Assembly (NCBI GenBank): GCA_965246715.1
Contig: CBDFFH010000052.1
Location: 83,137 to 147,136 of the forward strand
DNA length: 64,000 bases
Source of the DNA: Chamaesiphon sp.
Lineage (GTDB): Bacteria; Cyanobacteriota; Cyanobacteriia; Cyanobacteriales; Chamaesiphonaceae
Direction of reading: 5' to 3'
The position numbers and the translations under genes were made by a program. The notes under the pieces are model-generated. The model had not been told where the DNA came from. It made no database searches and was given only the letters and a program-made list of their open reading frames with translations. Positions within the stretch are counted from its first letter, which is position 1; each line of letters begins with the position of its first letter. Positions 42,677 to 52,900 of this stretch are shown here, in pieces.

Positions 42677-43900
42677 TTAAATCCCAATACCAGATAGGAT
42701 TAGCTGACGATTTTCTAGGGAAGAGGTTTGGCCAACGATTCCAACTGAATTAACACAATGATTTTGCGAACTTGGTATTTTGATAAGTTCCCGTCCCATT
42801 GTTTCAGCAAGTAGCACTGGAACGGCGTTTCCAATCTGTCTCATCGCTTCACCCCAAACACCCTTTACAACAAAATTATCTGGAAAAGTTTGGAGTCTTT
42901 TTGCCTCCAACACCGTCAAATAGCGAACGCTTCCATCTGGAAAGCGAATCATATTCTCCCCACCAGGAACGCCATGATCTCCAGCTTTGATTGTTTTTGC
43001 AGGTGCATCTAATATACAGCCTGTATGCCCTGGATAAGTCCTTGCACCACCATGAAAAAGATGATCCTCGATTCCGTGATTAAACTGTGGATCTGGTAAA
43101 TTGCTTATAGCATCTCGAACTGTCTGCCAAGGCATTGATACTGGCTCAAACATGCCATATTTATCTATCAGTCTAGCTTTTTTAGTTTCGATCGATCGAT
43201 CTATTAATGGACGTTCCGATCTACATATCTGATGCCGCTCCCAGTATTCTCCCGTCACGTACATATCCCAAAATAATCTCTCAGATGAGTGTGTATCTGG
43301 TGGAAATAACCAATCGCACTCTAGATCGGATCTGATGCCGACAATGATGACACGCTCTCGCTTTTGGGGTACGCCATAATTTGCCGCATCGATCGATTTA
43401 AACTGGACATTATATTTAGTTCCTGAGTAGGAGAACTTACTCACGTTGCGAAGTTCTTCTAAATGTTGTTGCCAATCTGAATTAGCTTCCTCCTGAAATC
43501 TGGGATAAGTCAGCCGGAGCAGAATGTACTCGAAGTAATCTGCAAATGTATGTCGCAGTAAACCTTTGACATTTTCAAAGATAAAAGCCTTTGGTTGCAG
43601 TTTCTCGATCGCACGAATTGCCGCTGGAAACATATCACGTTTATCTCGATTGGCCTGATGTTTACCACCGAGTGAAAATGGTTGACATGGTGGCCCACCT
43701 GCAACAAGATCGATATTTTCTAATGTGTCTAGATCGAAATCTCTGACATCGCTGAAAAAAACTTTTTCTCGAGCGAAGTTCTCACATAGAGAGGCATAAG
43801 CATGTTTATTATTTTCTACAAGTGCAGCGTGTTTGAATCCGGCTAGTTCCAGTCCTTTCGCTAAACCACCTGCACCTGAAAATAGTTCGAGGGAATTCAT
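42677..43900 (-). CDS. DNA cytosine-C5 methyltransferase (M.Eco29kI-like)
   Basis: FSGAGG, GGPPCQPFS, ENV, QKRER, RQIGNAVP motifs. Confidence 0.95.
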   Translation of the reverse strand: MNSLELFSGAGGLAKGLELAGFKHAALVENNKHAYASLCENFAREKVFFSDVRDFDLDTLENIDLVAGGPPCQPFSLGGKHQANRDKRDMFPAAIRAIEKLQPKAFIFENVKGLLRHTFADYFEYILLRLTYPRFQEEANSDWQQHLEELRNVSKFSYSGTKYNVQFKSIDAANYGVPQKRERVIIVGIRSDLECDWLFPPDTHSSERLFWDMYVTGEYWERHQICRSERPLIDRSIETKKARLIDKYGMFEPVSMPWQTVRDAISNLPDPQFNHGIEDHLFHGGARTYPGHTGCILDAPAKTIKAGDHGVPGGENMIRFPDGSVRYLTVLEAKRLQTFPDNFVVKGVWGEAMRQIGNAVPVLLAETMGRELIKIPSSQNHCVNSVGIVGQTSSLENRQLILSGIGI

Positions 43901-43922
43901 CTAATCACAATTACTCTTATTA

Positions 43923-45044
43923 TCAAGGGCACATGATAATATCTATTTCACCAGGCTTTTTAGATTTGTCGCCATACAATGCAGTTTGAGTATTTTTACT
44001 GAGAGGTCGAGGTATTATTTTCATATTTTTCTTAGGAAATATATCTTGTAAAACCTCAATAGTAGTTTCCTTGGTAAAAGTTCTTGCATCAGTTCTCACA
44101 TATACAATTGCATCTTCCTTCATGACTTTTGAACATCCTATGAAAACTGTTTTCAATAAATCACGGTACCCAATCTTTGATTCAAACTTACCCTTGCATT
44201 TTTCTCCAGTCCATGTGGGTCGATCTGAACCACCTAACATCCATAATCGGAGCCATTGATCGTAGTGATAATTGGTAATAGCAAAATATGGCGGTGATGT
44301 AAAAAGGAGACTAAATTTATTTATCTCACTACAATTAACTCTATTTATCAAATGATTTATCAAGGAGGTACTATCCCCTAAATACATTTCTCCATAAGAC
44401 AACCTTGGTAATCCTTTCGCATATCGCCACTTTGCTCGGTTTTGTAAAAACTCTACTGGATCAATTTCTGGAGGGTCAAGTTCATTTGTTTTCCACCAGC
44501 GAATTGAGTATTCTGGACTCATTGCTTTACTCTGACGCATCTGATTAGAAAGAGAACTATCTCTCTTTCCATGTAGACAGACAAGTATAATAGCCATAAC
44601 AGTTGCATCAACTATATCATCTTCCCACTTCAACTCTCTTCGAGCGACAAGAAGGTAACGGAGTACTTGAGACGAATAGCAAAAATGGAAAAATTCTGGT
44701 AAATTACTTAACTCTTGAGGCTGAATAGATAAACTTAACTCTCCAATATTTTTAATCCGCTCTAATACATTAATTTCAGAAGCAGGATGCAGTTTAACAA
44801 AACCATATAGCCAGCCAACTGGATTTATTTCAAAACCATAAGCTTGTCTTTCCATTGCAACCGCAGCATAAATACTAGATGCGCGCCCTGCAAATGGATC
44901 GATAACTGCATCTCCAGGATTTGAGTAGTTTTCAACAACTTCAAATGCAAAGTCTCTAGGAAACATAGCATAGTATGGTCCTAATCCAGACCAGCGACCG
45001 ATAGCAGTTCTGGGGCTTAATAACTCCTTTATTGATTCACTCAT
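43923..45044 (-). CDS. DNA amino-methyltransferase (likely N4-cytosine)
   Basis: DPFAGRAS SAM-binding motif followed by TSPPY catalytic motif. Confidence 0.85.
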   Translation of the reverse strand: MSESIKELLSPRTAIGRWSGLGPYYAMFPRDFAFEVVENYSNPGDAVIDPFAGRASSIYAAVAMERQAYGFEINPVGWLYGFVKLHPASEINVLERIKNIGELSLSIQPQELSNLPEFFHFCYSSQVLRYLLVARRELKWEDDIVDATVMAIILVCLHGKRDSSLSNQMRQSKAMSPEYSIRWWKTNELDPPEIDPVEFLQNRAKWRYAKGLPRLSYGEMYLGDSTSLINHLINRVNCSEINKFSLLFTSPPYFAITNYHYDQWLRLWMLGGSDRPTWTGEKCKGKFESKIGYRDLLKTVFIGCSKVMKEDAIVYVRTDARTFTKETTIEVLQDIFPKKNMKIIPRPLSKNTQTALYGDKSKKPGEIDIIMCP

Positions 45045-45046
45045 GT

Positions 45047-46417
45047 CTAGATATCCGACATAAGTTCTTTTGCTAGCTTTTCCAAAACTTGGTTGCCAAG
45101 ACGTAAAGGAATAGCAGCCTCAGCATTTGCTGAAACTAATGGAACGATAGCGTTAGGGAATCGAGAAGATACAATTCGATCTAATAAACTGATTGCATCT
45201 GATAAACGAGGATACTGAGAAGGTTCTGCCGTTGTTGTGTTTTTATGATGCTCTGAAAGAAATGGCAGTGTAGCAACTATACGAGCACCTGATTTTGTCT
45301 TGTAGAGAAGTTTTCTTCCAAAATAAGTTGCATCTCCATAATCTTTTTTGCTTTTAGAAAAATTAATATTATTCTTGATGTAGGAGTCATTTACTAACCC
45401 AACAGCTTGATTAGGAAAGGCACCAATCTCTCCACTTTCCTTTTTGTCTAAGCACTCAAAATGATCGACGAATAGACCTGTTTTTTCAACGCCAATCAAG
45501 AGTAAATCTCTTTCACCAGTTACTTTTTTAACTTCAATATTAATTCTAGATAGCTCTTTGTAAATTGATTGACTGATCCAAGCAGGTTGCCCAAAAACAG
45601 CGAGTGGTCCATCTAAAATAATGGCAACTCTACCTAAGCTAGATAGCCATTTATTCGATTCCATTGCCCGAAGTATATGTACAACCCACACACGTTCTAA
45701 AACTTGCATAATCTCACCAAAGATAGCACCATTGCTACCAGCAGGATTCATTCTTTCATGAATTCGGAGCGCATCTGTAGAGTAAAGAGAACGTTTCAAA
45801 GGACATTGACATGAATACTGTCCATTATTTTTCAGGAAATCTTTATTCTCTGGACAATCATCATCATCATCATAAGGACATTTCTGAATTTTTGTTGTAG
45901 ATACTGGTTTATGTGCCAAAAGAGCTTCATAAGTTTCTAACAGAGATTCACTATTGGAAAATATTTGAGTGGATTTAAACACTTCAAAGATTGATTTCCT
46001 GAGTGAATCTTTAGCACAACTTTCTCCTTCTGTAATCACGTTGCACCCTGGCAAAGCGCAATCAATTGATTGTGCCGTTTCTATTTTCCTAAACTCCACA
46101 GGATTTACTGGACGTTGCTGATCGAGATCTATCATTTTCTTGATATCCAATAGGACAGAAGCAATAGTTATGTATGACGCTTCCGCTCCTGGAAATCCAT
46201 TTTTAACTTCTACTTCCGCATGACTACCATCAATACCAATTATCCATGTGGGTGTCCAATCACTGGGATCAATTTTAAGTGGATTCAGATTCTTTAATGC
46301 GTTCTCAAGCTCTTGATTACTCTGAACTCGATAGCCACCAAGTAGTTTTTTCACTCGCTCACTTTCTACAAGACGGCGAAGCGGCTTGTAGTGTGCAAAT
46401 TCACCATCATAAGGCAT
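45047..46417 (-). CDS. NurA-like nuclease (RNase H fold)
   Basis: IGIDGS, ILDGPL, GVEK and YFGRK motifs; Cys-rich insert; adjacent to HerA. Confidence 0.8.
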   Translation of the reverse strand: MPYDGEFAHYKPLRRLVESERVKKLLGGYRVQSNQELENALKNLNPLKIDPSDWTPTWIIGIDGSHAEVEVKNGFPGAEASYITIASVLLDIKKMIDLDQQRPVNPVEFRKIETAQSIDCALPGCNVITEGESCAKDSLRKSIFEVFKSTQIFSNSESLLETYEALLAHKPVSTTKIQKCPYDDDDDCPENKDFLKNNGQYSCQCPLKRSLYSTDALRIHERMNPAGSNGAIFGEIMQVLERVWVVHILRAMESNKWLSSLGRVAIILDGPLAVFGQPAWISQSIYKELSRINIEVKKVTGERDLLLIGVEKTGLFVDHFECLDKKESGEIGAFPNQAVGLVNDSYIKNNINFSKSKKDYGDATYFGRKLLYKTKSGARIVATLPFLSEHHKNTTTAEPSQYPRLSDAISLLDRIVSSRFPNAIVPLVSANAEAAIPLRLGNQVLEKLAKELMSDI

Positions 46418-46420
46418 AAC

Positions 46421-48568
46421 TTAAATCTCGAATTTTTTGATCTGGACGGGGATAACAAACGGATTACTCAATGTTTTGACTCTCAAAAATCCTTTATCTT
46501 GAGCACGTCGAATTGATGATTCAAAATCCTCAAAATCATAATACTTGCGAAGCTCTTTTGTCTCATCAGTATTGTTTAAGTGTCCGATAAACCAGTTAGA
46601 AGTGTTTCTGAGAATATTTTTTTGAATGCTACTAACTTCTTGGGTGGCATAAACCATGCCAATATGGTACTTTGCACCTTCCTTAGCTGTACGAACCCAT
46701 ATATTGTTTTTCAAATCCATGTCTGAGGCAATAGGTAAAAGATTATGTGCCTCTTCTAAATAAACAATGATTTCTGGTATATTTTCAGAGCCAGAACGAA
46801 ATTCTTGCTGATTTTTCTCGAAAATATGTGACATTATTCTCTTAGCAGAAGACTCATTTATTAATTGGTTCCCACTAGATTGATCTACAATAACTAACTT
46901 TCCATTAATTAGATCTTTATATATATCTATAGTATAATCAGATGATACTTTAGTAGTGTGTTGGATACTTACTCGCCCTATTTGTCTCGAACCATTTCGC
47001 TGGCTTGACATTTCTAATATCTTTTTCAAATCTTCATCTGCCCATGTTTCTCCTGAAGTAGACTGAGAAACATACGCCTGCTCAAATGCTCTATAGCCAC
47101 TATTTGAATCCATCATAAAATCGTAGAGATGAATTAATGCTGTTCCCAACTGTGACCAAGTAATTTTTTCTTGACTAATGATTGTGGCAGCAGATATATG
47201 ATCTGGACTATTTCGGCTATTACTGCTTCTCATAGCAGTAAGTAAATCTGGACTAAATAATCCTTTAGTTACTGGAACAAGATTTTGAGGAGGTGAAAAT
47301 CCTGCCTTTACTAACAAAGCTCTATAAACTAGAACGCGACGATTATAACGTGTTAAAGCACTGTAGTAACTACTGTCAATACTGTAATCACTCTTATCGG
47401 GTTTACTGAAACTTACCTGAATAAAATTCTGAACAAACTTAGCAGTGTCAAATTCGAGACTACTATTAATAATCTCTTTGCCAATTTGAAGATTTGAATC
47501 ATTGAAAAAATTCAAGAGCATCAGCTTACGATTTGGATCATTAGGATGAGACAAAATACCATAAGTTATGACATCAGTCTCGTTTCCATTAGGATTAGAT
47601 TTCCAAATATTTTTAATGGCAGAAGGATTTCCTCCCTTGTTGGGATCTTGAGAATTTTCATTAGCATATTCACCATTTGGATCGAAAACTAGTTGACCAA
47701 TTCTAAGAGATTTTCGTTGAGCAAAGCGGAGGTCAAATACAGATTGAAGGATAATTTTAGTGGTGTTCGATTTACCAGTTCTAGTCATACCAAAAAGAGC
47801 GGTTTTTTGCCCTAGCAAATCTGCTGGTAAAAGTTGAACCTCTACATTCGATACTCCTTGAAACGATCGATTGGTTGATGCGTAACGAATATAACCAACC
47901 ATTACAGATTCGCTAGTCAGTATGTCCTTACGTTCTGGATCGCGGTAATTAACAATACGAGATAACGCACGATCGTTAGGTTTGTAAACCTTCAAGCCTC
48001 GATTTGGATAATAGTTTGATAGATCGCTACCAAATCTTAAAACTAGTGACTCTGGTGATTCATTATTAGGATCTCGATCGAGGAAAAAAGTACCTACGAC
48101 TTTACATTTTACACCAGCATAAGAGAGTATTTGATGAGTTGAAGCATCCATCAAGTCAGGACTATCCCAATGAATATCTTCTCCACTTGCTCTCTGTGCT
48201 GACTCTACACGTACTCGTTCTGCCTCAAACGCATTAGGCAGAGAAGCGGCATCCATAACACGCAAAAGAATTATTGATGCATCTTCAGTCTTGTAATCGG
48301 TAGGTTCTTCTGGGTTAATGCGAGTTGCAATCAGAAAGCTGAGACTTGGAATGCCGCCCACCTCTCTACGATTAAAATCATGGATTTGGACAAGTGCTGT
48401 TTCGTAGCTGATTGAGTAAACCTCTCCAACATACTGACTCTTTTGGATCAGTGGTTTGAATTGTTCTTTGGCAGCTAAATTAACGTGAGTTCGGGTTAAA
48501 GATGTCCATTTAATGACTTCTAGCTTCGTTTCTGAACCGCCCTCAAATGAATTAGTTGCTAATAGCAA
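46421..48568 (-). CDS. HerA/DUF87-family ATPase (native start probably ATG 48776, interrupted by a MITE)
   Basis: Walker A GMTRTGKS, FDPNGEY, Walker B YLEEAH, KEGAKY, ATQ. Confidence 0.88.
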   Translation of the reverse strand: MLLATNSFEGGSETKLEVIKWTSLTRTHVNLAAKEQFKPLIQKSQYVGEVYSISYETALVQIHDFNRREVGGIPSLSFLIATRINPEEPTDYKTEDASIILLRVMDAASLPNAFEAERVRVESAQRASGEDIHWDSPDLMDASTHQILSYAGVKCKVVGTFFLDRDPNNESPESLVLRFGSDLSNYYPNRGLKVYKPNDRALSRIVNYRDPERKDILTSESVMVGYIRYASTNRSFQGVSNVEVQLLPADLLGQKTALFGMTRTGKSNTTKIILQSVFDLRFAQRKSLRIGQLVFDPNGEYANENSQDPNKGGNPSAIKNIWKSNPNGNETDVITYGILSHPNDPNRKLMLLNFFNDSNLQIGKEIINSSLEFDTAKFVQNFIQVSFSKPDKSDYSIDSSYYSALTRYNRRVLVYRALLVKAGFSPPQNLVPVTKGLFSPDLLTAMRSSNSRNSPDHISAATIISQEKITWSQLGTALIHLYDFMMDSNSGYRAFEQAYVSQSTSGETWADEDLKKILEMSSQRNGSRQIGRVSIQHTTKVSSDYTIDIYKDLINGKLVIVDQSSGNQLINESSAKRIMSHIFEKNQQEFRSGSENIPEIIVYLEEAHNLLPIASDMDLKNNIWVRTAKEGAKYHIGMVYATQEVSSIQKNILRNTSNWFIGHLNNTDETKELRKYYDFEDFESSIRRAQDKGFLRVKTLSNPFVIPVQIKKFEI

Positions 48569-48719
48569 AAGTTCTCTTCAGAGAATTGCCCAATTGATTA
48601 GTTCGTTTCAACGAACTTTTGCTATTAGCCCGTTGGCGTAGCCTTTCGGAACGAAACACTTATAGTTCAGGGCGGTGCTTGAACGGAGCAGATCGATTTT
48701 CCTTATCCCGAACTCACGT
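48483..48719. mobile_element. 237-bp MITE (IS982-like ends) inserted in the herA 5' end
   Basis: TIRs ACGTGAGTTCGGGTTAA / TTATCCCGAACTCACGT (1 mismatch); TSD TAAATTA at 48476-48482 and 48720-48726. Confidence 0.85.
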
Positions 48720-49109
48720 TAAATTAATTGCATTTCGCTGGTCGCCTTCAAAGACATTTTCGAGATTTGAAACCATAAATAATCTAGAGTATTTTTTTAG
48801 TTAAGCCAGCCATAGCTTTCTCGATCGAGGAGCTATAACCTTCAAGGTATATATTTTATAGAGTACCCATAGAATATCCTTTCATACCTTCTCAAGTCAG
48901 CATGTCAAACAAATTTTATATTTAAGGAGGAGGTTTTAATCCTACTACATATCACGGTACTTCAATCCGTCAATATGTTCTGGGATCTGCTTTGCACAAT
49001 CCCAAAACTCAGATTATCGAAGGTATCTCACACGATCAAAGCTATTGAAGCGTCATGAGATCGTCGATTGTAGCAATGCCGAACGAGATATTAATGATAT
49101 ACAAGGCTT

Positions 49110-49370
49110 TTAACCTTGGCTTTGAGCGACTAATTGCTCGACTTGTCTAATCTGATTCCAGTCAATAGCCACAACCCAGATCTTCTCATTTTCCGAAAAC
49201 TGGACTACCCCATCAACCTCCAAATCCTCACCATATAACATCAGCCGTTGACCGTTTTCTAACTCCGTATGTTGGCGGGCCAAGTCTTCAATCGTGCCGA
49301 TGCAGTTGAGCCGCAACCGTCCCTGCTCGTCAGCGTTGTGAAAATCCACAAAAATTCTAGACATATTCAT
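49110..49370 (-). CDS. Hypothetical acidic protein (putative antitoxin/immunity)
   Basis: 86-aa ORF 3 bp downstream of the next ORF. Confidence 0.6.
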   Translation of the reverse strand: MNMSRIFVDFHNADEQGRLRLNCIGTIEDLARQHTELENGQRLMLYGEDLEVDGVVQFSENEKIWVVAIDWNQIRQVEQLVAQSQG

Positions 49371-49373
49371 ACA

Positions 49374-49712
49374 CTACTTTGGTTCGCTAAGTTGCTGAGA
49401 TGGTTTTGGGATCGTCGGGTTTAGTAGAAGACCAATTTCATCGGGAGTTAGACCTGTTAATGTTGCATGTTGTAGACTTCTGCCAGATGTTCGGATGACA
49501 TCGCCGCCTGCTGCTCGAATTGCACCAACAGTGGTTACACCTATCTGCCCGTGTGGAATCGATGCAGATAATTCCTCAACTGATAACCCTTGTCCACATT
49601 CTACCGAAATTCCTGTTACACCACTGGGATGAGTTCCAATGCCCCGCTGAATATCCTCTGGGCGGTTTCGTTCCCCTCGAACGACAATGGCATCATCTGG
49701 AATTCTTTCCAC
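49374..49712 (-). CDS. Hypothetical protein resembling a standalone polymorphic-toxin domain
   Basis: VVRG...GISV...GQIGVTTVGAIRAAGGDV...H pattern. Confidence 0.55.
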   Translation of the reverse strand: MERIPDDAIVVRGERNRPEDIQRGIGTHPSGVTGISVECGQGLSVEELSASIPHGQIGVTTVGAIRAAGGDVIRTSGRSLQHATLTGLTPDEIGLLLNPTIPKPSQQLSEPK

Positions 49713-49903
49713 AATTTCTATCGGCGTAACTTAATTGAAGTTTTACACTTTACCAGAAATTCAGAGTTTGACTTTATTCACAACTAGTCTCAAACCTATG
49801 AACTGATTAAATCTAAGAGACGCTACATCGTAGGGATTCTCTGCTAAGATAAACTCTTGGGAAAATGCGGACTCGCGCCGCACAAGGGATGCATCTAGAG
49901 CTT

Positions 49904-52900
49904 ATGGTACACATCAAACAGGTAGAACTGTCCCATTTCAAATCCTTCGGTGGTACTACCAAAGTCCCGATTTTGCCTGGATTTACCGTAGTATCGGGGC
50001 CGAATGGTTCGGGTAAGTCAAATATTCTCGACGCGCTATTATTTTGTCTCGGATTGGCTAGTTCCAAGGGGATGCGGGCGGAACGGTTGCCGGATTTGGT
50101 CAATCACGATCGCAATACCAAAGGTGCCTCAGAAGCGATTGTGACTGTAACGTTCGACCTAGAGAACGAGGATGAGCCATCACCAGAAATTGAGGTTGTC
50201 GATATTAGTAGTATGTCCCCAGCTCCGCCGAAGCAACGGTTGGCGAATGAGTGGGTAGTGACGCGGCGGCTGCGGGTGAACGCACAGGGCGGTTATACGT
50301 CGAACTATTCGATCAATGGTGAGGCTTGCAATCTCGCGGAGCTGCACGACCAATTGAATGCGCTGCGGATTTATCCAGAGGGCTACAATGTTGTGTTGCA
50401 GGGGGATGTCACCAGCATCATCTCGATGAATAGCAAGGAACGGCGGGAAATTATTGACGAGTTGGCGGGTGTGGCGGCTTTCGATCGCAAGATCGATCGG
50501 GCGAAGAGTACACTTGACGAAGTTAAAGAAAAAGTCGAAAAATGTAATATCGTCGCCGCCGAATTGGTAGTCCAACGCGACAAGCTATCGCAAGATCGGA
50601 TTAAAGCGGAAAAATATCAAAGATTGCGGACTGAGTTCCAAGAAAAGTCCGTACAGGAAGTGGTATTAAAGTGGAAAAATCTTCAACAGAAACAGTCTAA
50701 AGTTCAACAAGAATTAGGTCAAGGGAAAGTAGCTCTAAGTGGATTAGAAGAACGAGTAACAACTCTCCAAGATGAGATTAAAACTACTACTACCGAAGTC
50801 GAAAGCCTCAATGCTAAAGTTCGTGCTCTGGGTGAAGAACGTTTACTAGCCGCACAAGCGGAACTAGCCACCCAGCAGGCCGAACGTCGTCAACTCGAAC
50901 AGCAGCAACAAGAGCTTACTGCCGATCGCCAGACCACCGAAACCGATCGTCAAAATACAGCTACGCAATTTGCTAATTATGAGCTAGAACACCAACGATT
51001 GACTAGCGAACAGCAACAGCTAGAAACGACGCAATCAGTGAAGCTGAGAACCGATCGCGATGATACTAAATATCAACTAGAACTCACCAAAGAAAAAGCC
51101 AGCTCGATCGCATCTGCTTCTACAGCTTGGGTGGAAGAACAAACCCAAGTCAGTCGGCAGATCGAAACCACCCTTCAAGAATTAAGCAAACAACGCACCG
51201 CTCAAGCACAACTTACCGAACGTCGTAGTCAATTAACCGAAAAGATTGCCGAACAAACCCAGCAATTAGCGATGATTACGCCAGATTTAGAAGCGAATCA
51301 AAATAATGTTGCTCAGCTGGAAAATAGACTCGCCCAATTGACTGGCGAATTAGCCGTCTTAGAAAATAGATTAACGGCAGTTCAGAGTAATATCGATACT
51401 CAATTAGAAACTCAAAAACGTCTATTACAAGAACAGCGAGATAAACAGCGGCTTGTCGATAAATTAGAGGCGCAGAATCAAGCTCAGCAGGAAGCCCAAG
51501 GTACCTTTGCTACCAAAATTATCCAAGAAGCCAAACTCCCTGGCGTACACGGTTTAGTCGCCCAATTAGGTACCGTCGATCCTGCTTATCAATTGGCGTT
51601 AGAAATTGCAGCGGGTGCGCGGATGGGAAACTTAGTCGTAGACGATGACGGCGTAGCTTCGCGCGCGATCGAATTACTCAAACAAAAACGTGGCGGACGG
51701 GCGACATTTTTACCGTTAAACAAGATTAATGCTCAGTCATTAACTGAAAATTCGGCACTCAGATCGACGCAAGGTTTTATCGACTATGCAGTCAATTTAA
51801 TTGATTTCGATCGCGAGTACGAAAAGATCTTTAATTATGTCTTTGGTGGGACAATTGTATTCGACAGACTCGATCGGGCGCGGAGTGCGATGGGCAGACA
51901 TCGGATCGTAACGCTCGATGGCGAATTGCTCGAATCTAGTGGTGCAATGACCGGGGGAAATATTTCTCAAAAGTCTACGCTTCACTTCGGTACCGCCGAT
52001 GCGAGTGACTCTGCCGAGGTCCGGACGCTTCAAAAACGGCTAGCAGAAATCGAACAGATTTTGCAAGTGAGCATGGAAGTAGTGAATAAAGGTAATATCG
52101 AACTGCGCCAACTCAGTAGCGCCGTTGCGGATACCCGCCAAGCGCAACGCGAACTCAAACTTAATTTCGACCAAAATCAAAAAGATATTTCGCAGTCTGG
52201 TAACCAAAAGTCACAATTACAATCCCAAATTACTAAAAATCAGCAAGATTTAAATCTAACTGTCACTAATCTGGCAACTCTAGAGCAAATTCTACCCCCA
52301 CTAGAAGCCGCTCTCGCGCACGATCGTGCCGAACTAGCCGAACTAGAGAAATCTGGAGTTCACAGTGATTGGCAAGCAATCCAGACCGAAATCAAAGCAC
52401 AAGAGCAACAACTCCAACAACGCCAGCAAGCTTTAGCAGCAGTCGAGCAGAAATTACAAGAAATCGATCGAAATCGGAGCATTCTCACTGAAAAAATTGC
52501 CGAAAATCAACGTCGTACTAGTGAATATCAACAACGGCTCGAAACACTCGATCGCAAGTTAACCGAGATTAAAACTAGACTAGCTGTAGTTGGCAAATCG
52601 ATCGCGACGACTAAAGCATCGCTAGTAATTTTAGAGCAAGAACTCGGTACCGACAAACAACTCCGCGACAAAGCCGAAGCCCAACTGCGTCAACTCCACC
52701 TCAATCTCCAAGAATTGCAGTGGGAGCAACAGAAACTCACCGAACTTCAACAGCAACGCCAAACCGAAATCGAAAATACGATCGTTCAAATCGCCACCCA
52801 GCGCACCGAACTTCCCGCCGAACTCCCCGAACTGCCAGAAGAGTCCCAACCCGACGAATATCTCGCCTCCCTCCAATCCCAAATCCGCCTCCTCCAAAAA

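Noticed and set aside
42500..42753. Remnant of a GIY-YIG restriction endonuclease downstream of the C5-MTase
   Set aside because: No recognisable motif in the frames I read; a tBLASTn with R.Eco29kI would be decisive.
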